Source of the DNA: Salpingoeca rosetta
Lineage: Eukaryota > Protista > Choanoflagellata
NCBI GenBank assembly: GCA_033442325.1
Contig: JAWQFM010000020.1
Coordinates: 1,263,519-1,282,142, forward strand
Direction of reading: 5' to 3'
Length of the DNA stretch: 18,624 nt
Made by a program: the position numbers and the translations under genes. The notes under the pieces are model-generated. The model worked only from the letters and a program-made list of their open reading frames with translations, was not told where the DNA came from and did no database searches. Below are positions 10,430 through 18,624 of the stretch, piece after piece; within the stretch, counting starts at the first letter, position 1; the number at the start of each line of letters is the position of its first letter.

Positions 10430-12097
10430 CGCACTCGCGGTTGGAGTCGAGCGTGGGCGCCTGGCTTTGGAAGGTACCAAACTCGCACTCGCTCACGGCC
10501 ATGCGTGGAAATGTACCCCCAGGCAGCGCAACGCGACACGCCCACGCACGTGTCCTGGACGCACTTGTGGCAGAGGCGGTCGTGCTGGCGCGTGGGCTCG
10601 CGAATCTCTTCCTTATCCTCATCGCACCGCGTGACGGGGCGGCACGACTCGGCCTGGCCATCGACGGGCTTGAAGGCGGCGCCAACCTCGCACTGGCTGC
10701 ACACGCGGTCGCTCGTCGGGATGGTGCTCGGCCGTCTCCTCCTCGCCGGCGGCGCACGTGGTGACGAGGAGACAGGGCACGCCCTGGCTGGCCAGAGACG
10801 GCCTTGTACGTGCCCTCCAGGTACTCGTAGCAGACACGGTCGCTGATGAGGTGGGTCACGCCCTGCACCTCCTCAAACCCGCCGCGCCCTCGCCGGCGGC
10901 GCACGTGGTGACGAGGAGACAGGGCACGCCCTGGCTGGCCAGAGACGGCCTTGTACGTGCCCTCCAGGTACTCGTAGCAGACACGGTCGCTGATGAGGTG
11001 GGTCACGCCCTGCACCTCCTCAAACCCGCCGCGCACTCTGTGACGTCGTTGCACGGGGTGGCAGGGTCGCTGTCGTGGTGGTCGTGGGTGCTGGCGTGGC
11101 AGGTGAAGCTGGAACAGGAGCCGTGGCAGCCCGCCTCCGTGTAGTGGCCACCGGGGGCACATCTGGCAACCCGTGGAGCCGTCACTGTCCGAGTCGATGG
11201 GGCCGGCCCGGCAGTCGCGGCACACGCGGTCCGAGGAGCAGTAGGTTGGCGCGGAAACCTCCGCCTGGCCGCGCTCGCACTTGCTGCCGCCAATGGATGG
11301 GGAGAACTCCGTCACGCTGTCGCACGGCCGACAGTCGGCTGGATCGGCGTCGTAGACAAGGATGAAGCCAGCGCTGCACTCGCACGTGTCTGTGCAGCCT
11401 GGGCAGCAGCGGCGTGCCTCGTAGGCGTCCATCTGGCAAATGGTGTCGCGGATGCCATCCTCGCCCTGGCCGGAGCAGCACACGTCCAGTACAACGTCGA
11501 GCTGCTCGTCCGTGGGCTCAGCGCACACAATCTCCTCAAACAGCTGCGTGATGAGGTTGTTGCAGGTGCGCGTGTCGCAGGAGCACAGGCGGTCCATGGT
11601 GAGCGTGGGCGGGATGGTCTCGATGAAGGGCTCCTCGCAAACGCTGGTGGGGAAGCACGAGGCGCGGTCCGGCAGCGGCTGGTACTCCGTGCCAAAGGGT
11701 GCAGTTCACGCATGCGCAGTCGCGCACGGCGTTGCCAGAGACAGACGAACTCCTTCTGGGCCTGGCTTGCACTCGGTCCAGGGGGAGAGCAGACGGCGTC
11801 AGAGGACGCGGAGCATGGAGGCCCAGATGCCCATGCCACACGTGGTGCATGACACGCAGCGGTGGTCCTTGGCGTAGTAGCCAGTCGAGAGGGCAAATGG
11901 GCAATGCACGACTGGTGAGGTTGCCGTCGCAGACGAGGCAGTCGGTGGCGTCCATTGGAGTGGCACTTGGAACACGCGTGGAGTGGCATTCGGCACACCC
12001 GTTGGCCGAGCTCATGCCCGCCATCGGGGCACTCGCTGATACAGCGGCCGTTACTGGAGGTGAGGGTTGGGCCCACAGGCCGTGCACTCATCGATGC
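10430..12097 (-). pseudogene. Heavily frameshifted exon of a furin-like/TNFR-like Cys-rich surface protein
   Basis: Starts after the acceptor CCCCTCCAG| at 12098. Cys-repeat segments alternate between frames (IDECTAC, NGRCISECPDG, GYYAKDHRCVSCTTC, PPTLTMDRLCSC, SSDRVCRDC, DSDGSTGCQMCP, PTRQHDRLCHKC, APTLDSNREC). Same repeat family as 277-1572. Confidence 0.8.
10741..11034. repeat. Perfect 147-bp tandem duplication (10741-10887 / 10888-11034)
   Basis: Both copies read CCTCGCCGGCGGCGCACGTGG...CTCAAACCCGCCGCGC; no mismatch seen by eye. Confidence 0.95.
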
Positions 12098-12300
12098 CTG
12101 GAGGGGAAGGTGCGGGAGTGGAGGGGAGGATGGGGTGAGAGGCAATGACAACACTCTTGTGAGGTGTTGAGGAACCGTGCACCGCTTCATCATCTCAACG
12201 ATACAAAACTCAGAAGAGACATTGAGGACAAGCGCGCACACACACACACACACATGCACACACACACACACACACAAGCACCCACACAAAGACAACATAC

Positions 12301-12788
12301 CATTGGCCCGTGATGAAGCTATCCTTGAGGACCCGCCGCACGGTGTTGTTGTGCACCGTGTCGACTGTCGTGTGGTTGTGCTTCACAGCCTGCTCCAAGT
12401 AGCCGCTTGTCCTGAAGCATGTCTCCCCGAGCTCCATGTCCGCGCCACCGTTCAGCGTCTTTGCAACGGCGTCGACGGGGTCGCGGGCGTGCTTGTTGGC
12501 GTTAACCATGTTTGCAAATCGCACAGCAGTCTGTTCCAATCATCAGCATGTCACGCTTCCACTGCCCGCGCACGACGTCGTTGAGCAGCATGGCGTTCGC
12601 ACACGATGACACGCCGTTGATGCTGGCGTACGAGCACATGGCAGCGAGCGTCCGTGCCTGTACTGCACATGAGGCACATGGCAGAGGGGAGTAGGATGAA
12701 TACGAGCAGGTGGGAGGTGAGGGGTTGGCGCAGGCATGGTGGCGTGAACGAACTGTCAAGAAATATGTTGATGGGAGGCACACGAGCT

Positions 12789-12860
<72 letters not shown>

Positions 12861-12862
12861 TA

Positions 12863-12901
<39 letters not shown>

Positions 12902-13552
12902 CGGTGTCCCAGAGATCAAAGGTGGAGATGTTCCCGTTGAATGCCATGCGGTTTGTCTCGACCGAGTACGCGTCAAAGTGCTTGAGACCTTAACATGATG
13001 GAGCGGTGACAGTAGTGTAAATGACAGGACCACCACCAAGTGTGCAAACGAAACAGCGTCGCTGACACGGCTGTTTGTTTGCATACACACATGTGTCAGT
13101 GTGGATGCGTGTGCGTACCTGCTGTCATTTTCTTCGTACTTCCTGTCCGAGCCATCCTGGCAGCCAGTCACGTAAACAGTAACGCACTCACCCTCAAGCA
13201 CGGGTCTCAGACGTTGAGAGGGGTGCAGTGAAGGCGAGGGCGTGGGCCTGCAAAGTGAGTGTGTGAGTGAGTGGGTGGGTGAGTGTAAAGGGGGTTGGGG
13301 GGCAATGCGGGCGACTGTAGTGGAGTGATCGCATGTGTGTGATATGTGCACCAGCATCAGCACCACGTGATGAAGGGCACACCTGCGAGTCCGATCTTCT
13401 GCAAGACGCTGCCACCTCTGTGCCAGTTGAGATTGTTGAAGGCGCACGTCTCCGTGGAAATGGCCTGGAAGCGAAGAACCGGTAGGGGGGATGGGGAGGG
13501 AGGGAATGAACGACAGGTGCTGTGATCAAGAAGAAGAAGACGACATAGCAGA

Positions 13553-13635
<83 letters not shown>

Positions 13636-14319
13636 GGTTGAAGGCTGCGCCAAGACCTGTGGGGCCAATGAAGGTGGCGGCACACTTGTCCTGCCTGTTT
13701 GATGCACGCAGAGGCGACGGCCGTGTTCGTCTCCACCAGATGCAGATACAGCGGGATGTCAAGCCTGCACCCATGCACACATGTGCAAGCATGAAGAGGG
13801 AGATGGTGTTGCTGTATGAGCAGTGGTGGCAGCGGTTGTTGCGGTTGTGGCACGAAGAAGCAAGGAGGATGAGGAAACACAAGCAGGCAGTCACGAGTCA
13901 CTGCGTGAGCGCTGTATGTCCTTTCCCACCTCTTGACGCCACAGTCAACAACAGCGCATGGGCTGGTGACGGGATCGGGGCCAACGAGACCGGCCTTCTC
14001 CTGAAGACTGAGGCGTCCAATGAGGTCGTCGAGGCGGGCACCGATGGACAGACTCGTGTTGCAGAACGGTAACTCCCTCGTCGCTGCAGACAGGCACGCA
14101 TGGCCTGACGAGGCAAGGTGCAACAGCAGCTTAGTATGAGCTGAGTGGGTGGTATTGTGTGCGTGTGTGCATGTGTGTGTGTGTGTATGTGTGTATGTTG
14201 GGATCACCTGTGGGAACGGGTTTGCCGGAACAGTTTGCTTGGATGATGCTCATGCGATTGGCTGCTCCGCACATCTCGGTGGACGCCCCCGTGCATGGTT
14301 CATTGCAGTCGGAGGAAGG
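12301..14319 (-). pseudogene. WSC-domain + glycoside hydrolase family 3 (beta-xylosidase-like) gene; multi-exon, frameshifted, truncated after the N-terminal barrel
   Basis: Exons: 14319-14208 (SSDCNEPCTGASTEMCGAANRMSI, WSC tail); 14104-13930 (LPFCNTSLSIGARLDDLIGRLSLQEK); 13764-~13634 (TFIGPTGLGAAFNR, with a duplicated CAGG frameshift); degraded exons at ~13120-13470; 12988-~12900 (GLKHFDAYSVETNR...FDLWDT); ~12670-12301 (AMCSYASINGVSSCAN, IGTDCCAI with the nucleophile Asp, frameshift, then LNGGADMELG). GT-AG boundaries and phases are consistent for the 5' exons. Confidence 0.85.
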
Positions 14320-14355
14320 CTGCACAAAAGTGTATGTTGGTTGGGGGGGGGGGGG

Positions 14356-14455
14356 NNNNNNNNNNNNNNNNNNNNNNNNNNNNNNNNNNNNNNNNNNNNN
14401 NNNNNNNNNNNNNNNNNNNNNNNNNNNNNNNNNNNNNNNNNNNNNNNNNNNNNNN
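14356..14455. other. Assembly gap (exactly 100 N, probably a placeholder for unknown size)
   Basis: Run of N flanked by poly-G and (CA)n. Confidence 1.
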
Positions 14456-14545
<90 letters not shown>

Positions 14546-14546
<1 letters not shown>

Positions 14547-14650
14547 TTGACCCGAGCAGCATGATGCACGACCTCCTGCTTGTTGTCTACCTCACACAAC
14601 TCACAAAGTCGCAACTCGCCCTCCACGAGAAGCTCCAGACCGTCCTCTGA
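14546..14650 (+). CDS. EIF3F: Terminal exon of eukaryotic translation initiation factor 3 subunit F (upstream exons not visible)
   Basis: After the (CA)n..CAG| acceptor: IDPSSMMHDLLLVVYLTQLTKSQLALHEKLQTVL*, matching the recalled human eIF3f C-terminus [28 protein letters not shown]. Confidence 0.7.
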
Positions 14651-14939
14651 TGACACACACACACACACAACATCCATCTGCACCTCATTTGCCCAATACG
14701 ACGCCATATGCCATCCACCCATCCACCCATCGTTGTGTTTGTTGTTTGCTCTTCCAGTCGTGCGCGGCTTTGTATGCGCGCGCGTATGTGTTGCTGCTTC
14801 TGTTGACACATGAATAGAGAGACTGAGACAGAGAGTGAGTGAGTGAGTGAGAAAGCGGTGAGCAGAGGCAGGCCACCAACACAGTGCATTGAGGAAGAAA
14901 GCGCACACGTGCACACAAATCAACACAACACCAACAACG

Positions 14940-15251
14940 ATGAGTTCACTGCGGGAGTTGCGGGTGGTGGATCTGTACAGCGGCATTGGCGGGTTGCACG
15001 CTGCGCTTGGCGTGGCCATCGCTCGCATCAATGCCAGACCAACACGCGCGGGACAGGCACCGTGGTCCGTGGAGGATGTGAGGCCCTTTGATGTCAACAC
15101 CGCGGCAAACAAGGTGTACCAGCACAACCACAGCATTGCTCCATCGCCTCGCGGCATCGACGCGCTCACCCCACGGCACGTGCGCGACAGCAACCTCTGG
15201 CTCATGAGCCCGCCATGCCAGCCTTACACCAGGTGCCTGTGTGTGTGTTTG

Positions 15252-15288
<37 letters not shown>

Positions 15289-15307
15289 CTGTGTGTGTGT
15301 GTGTTTG

Positions 15308-15383
<76 letters not shown>

Positions 15384-16807
15384 CGCGCGCGTACAAGTGT
15401 ATGTTCGTTCAATTGTGCGTGAATGTACCACCGTGTGTGCGTGTGAAGGCATCGTTGCGCCATTGCATACTTCACGTGATGCACTGTCTCCATGCTGCCC
15501 ATCTGCTTTGCTGATCCTCATTCTCTCACGACAACACCAGGATTGGGAAGCAGCTGGATGTGGAGGACCCGAGGGCGGCGAGCTTCCTGCACATGATTGA
15601 GATGCTGAGCAAGATGGAGTCGCCACCACAGCTCCTCTTCCTCGAGAACGTAAAGAACTTTGAGCACTCCGAGACCCGGCGGCGCCTGCTGCACGTGCTT
15701 CATCAGCGCAACTACAGCGTGCAAGAGTTTCTCGTGTCTCCAACACAGCTGGGCATCCCCAACACCCGCCTGCGGTACTACCTCCTTGCAAGCCGCTCCG
15801 CTGGGCCGCAGGACACTGCTACCGCTGCAACCGCCGCCACCGACACATCCACACAACAACAACACCGACAGCCTGATGCTGCACCACCAACGACAGCAAC
15901 ATCATCGCCGGCAACAGCAGCGGTGGCATCGTCTCCAGTGCACGCGTTCATGCCGCGGTTACAGCACGACAGCAACACCAACGACGACAGCACCAACGAC
16001 GACACCGGTCATGGTGATGCTGGTTATCAGGACCAAACAGTGCCCATGAGTGCACGTGGTCGGCAGCTTCCCAACCCCCATCCTCAGCCGCTGCCACCAC
16101 CGCGCTGCATGCTCCCGATGGGCGACTACATCGCCACCTCGCTGCCACCAGCGCTGGTGGAGGAGCTCATCTTGACCCCTGCGACGCTGCAGCGGGCAGG
16201 CAACTTCAGGTTTGATGTGGTCACGCTCTCCTCGCTCACCAGTACCACATTCGCCAAGGGATATGGGGTGAAGGGCCACCTCCGAGGATCGGGGCCCGTG
16301 CTGCTGCTGAACAGCGGCGACCTCACACCAGCGTCAACAGACCCCAGCAATGGTGATGGTGACGACAATGATGATGATGATATGAGGACGAAGAATGATG
16401 CTGCTGCTGATGCTGCTGCTGCTGATGATGATGACGATGATGATGACGATGATGATGATGATGCAACTGATGATGGCAGCCAATGTAGCAAGCGTGCTCG
16501 CAGGGGCCAGCTCGACCAAGTGCAACAGCAGCAGCACCAGCAGCAGGTGGTGGTGGGAGTGCGTGATGAGAAGCGGTCCTTCCGGTCCTTGCAAGCACAC
16601 GAAAAGGCGCGGCTGTTTGCCGTCTCGGAGATGCTGCGACTACACGGGTTCCCTGAGGCGTTTGAAATGCCTGCAGGCATCACACAAAAGCAGGGGCGGG
16701 GCCTTGTTGGGAACAGCGTCAACGTGGAGGTGGTGGCGCATTTGCTCCAGTACTTGCTTGAGAACATTGCGTGTGTCGCCGACGCTGATGCGTCTCAGCA
16801 GCCGTGA
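14940..16807 (+). CDS. TRDMT1: DNMT2-type tRNA (cytosine-C5) methyltransferase, 519 aa; exons 14940-15232 and 15541-16807
   Basis: The phase-2 intron 15233-15540 (AG|GTGCCT...CACCAG|G) gives SPPCQPYTR-IGKQLDVEDPRAASF. Motif I DLYSGIGG, IV PPCQ, VI LENVKNF, VIII GIPNTRLRYY, IX RLFAVSEMLRLHGFP, X LVGNSVNVEVV. 293+1267 = 1560 nt. Confidence 0.92.
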
Positions 16808-17126
16808 ACCCACGTGTTGTGTGCGTGTGTCATGTGTGTGTGTGAGTGTGTGCATGTGTGTGTGTACGTGTGTGTGTGTGATATAACTTCGGATGCACTG
16901 AGGCGTGACGAGACGTGACGAGACGTGACGCTACTTTATGGGGTCGCTGTGCAAACTTGAGCTTGGTTTGTAACAACACAACATCGACACCAACAGTAAA
17001 CGGCAACAAAAGAAAGAGCCGGTGAGACATGACAGCCCATGCCACGGAGTAACAACAACGTCAACAAGAACAACAACAACTGACTTCATTGAATTGAAAC
17101 AATATCCAGCCACGGAACACATGAGC

Positions 17127-17339
<213 letters not shown>

Positions 17340-17350
17340 CACCACCATCA

Positions 17351-18272
17351 CTACTCCGCGTCGGCTGCACATCTGAATCCGACGTTGGCGGCGCTGCTGT
17401 CTGGGGTGATGTGCATGCGCGCAGCGATGCGGTATCGGTAGCACGTGAACTGATGGCACATGTACGACCCGCCCTTCTTCACCTTCGTCTCGCCGCTCGA
17501 AGGGCCCCGCGGGTCCACAGCAGGCGCTGCGCTGTGGCGGTTTGTGAACCAGTCGTTGGTCCACTCCCACACGTTCCCAACCGTGTTGTACAGCCCAAAC
17601 TTGTTGGGTGGATAGGCTGTGCCAGGCGCCGTCAGCGCATACCCGTCCTCCATCGAGTTGGGCGCCCTTGAGAGAAGCAAGGAGAGGCGAAGGGCGGGGG
17701 GTGGGTGATGGAGGGGGGATGCATGTGTGAGAGGATATCCGTGAGTGAGTGAGTGAGTGAGTGAGTGAGTGAGTGAGTGAGTGAGTGAGTGAGTGAGTGA
17801 GTGAGTGAGGAAGGGAGGGAGGAAGGGAGGGAGTGAGGGAGTGGATCAATGGAGCTTCGATTGCAGCTCGGTGGGACACAACATCAATCACAGAGATGTC
17901 GCCACGTGTGTTCACTGACGAGTAAAAAGCGTGGGCCTCGCGAATTGGAAGGAAGCTGTGCTGAAAGGCGTTTCGGTCTGTCGGCACATCATACGTGGAC
18001 TGCCACGTGTTCATCCAGTGCCTGTTCTTGGGCATCATCTTGTTCCCCCACGGAAACGTGCGGTTCTGTGCGTGTATGCGTGGATGTGCGTGGATGTGTA
18101 TATGCGTGTATGCGTGCGTGTGCGTGTGTATGTGCGTGTGTGTGTGTGCGTGTCAGCATCTGAGCAGTTGCGTGTGTGTATGTGAGTTAGCATCTGAGCA
18201 GTTGCGCGCCATGACGAGCCATCTCTGTTATCCCTACGTTACACCGAACACACACACACACACACTCGCACG

Positions 18273-18303
<31 letters not shown>

Positions 18304-18406
18304 TGATGCACGTGTGCTCCTTCACCTTCAGGCCGCCACTCGCTGCGAATTCCCACTCTGCCTCTGTGGGGAGCCGGCCCTTTGGGTGCGACCACTTGCA
18401 GAACGC
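17351..18406 (-). CDS. SUMF1: Formylglycine-generating enzyme (sulfatase-modifying factor 1), last three exons 18406-18326, 18065-17920, 17666-17351; 5' part lies beyond the window
   Basis: [51 protein letters not shown] (catalytic C-x4-C pair present), [13 protein letters not shown]. The GT-AG introns splice in frame (phases 0 and 2). Confidence 0.93.
17741..17808. repeat. (GTGA)n tetranucleotide microsatellite in a SUMF1 intron
   Basis: About 17 tandem GTGA units. Confidence 0.95.
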
Positions 18407-18541
18407 CTGTTGTTGTTCGCGCACGCCATTGTGATGGTGGTGGTGTGTTCAGTCATGAGCTCGGGTGGATTGGGAGTGGGTGAGGTACGGGTGAGCAAGG
18501 GCAGATCTGCAACTCGCACGCCTAGAGATACACGAACGCTT

Positions 18542-18605
<64 letters not shown>

Positions 18606-18624
18606 GCGCGCGCACAACACGACC

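Noticed and set aside
14940-16807. Bacterial restriction-modification methyltransferase or DNMT1/3
   Set aside because: It has a spliceosomal intron and DNMT2-specific motifs (PPCQPYTR, IPNxRxRY, KGYG, GNSxNV), with no nuclease partner or chromatin domains
16905-16930. GTGACGAGAC x2.6 short repeat downstream of TRDMT1
   Set aside because: Too short to distinguish from slippage in a repeat-rich genome

Overview
Eukaryotic, intron-containing draft sequence with three N gaps. The CA/GT-microsatellite-filled introns, long (AAC)n tract and gene families suggest a choanoflagellate such as Salpingoeca rosetta (inference). Left to right: (1) the 5' exon of a secreted or surface TNFR-like Cys-rich protein (-), absent from the ORF track; (2) a degenerate LRR-like gene broken by one -1 frameshift (+); (3) an intact 2-exon, 809-aa TIR/HET-like + 9x42-aa TPR + PH protein (+), the best candidate for an undescribed immune-sensor system; (4) a ~5.6 kb co-oriented (-) chain of unrelated, frameshifted gene fragments, most retaining introns: WSC-GH3 beta-xylosidase, furin/TNFR Cys-rich, FANCD2 and an unknown ORF; (5) an orphan eIF3f last exon next to a gap (+); (6) DNMT2/TRDMT1 with the signature CFT motif changed to TFA (+); (7) the 3' three exons of SUMF1/FGE (-), with (AAC)70 just past its stop. 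Homology calls come from recalled motifs, not from searches.
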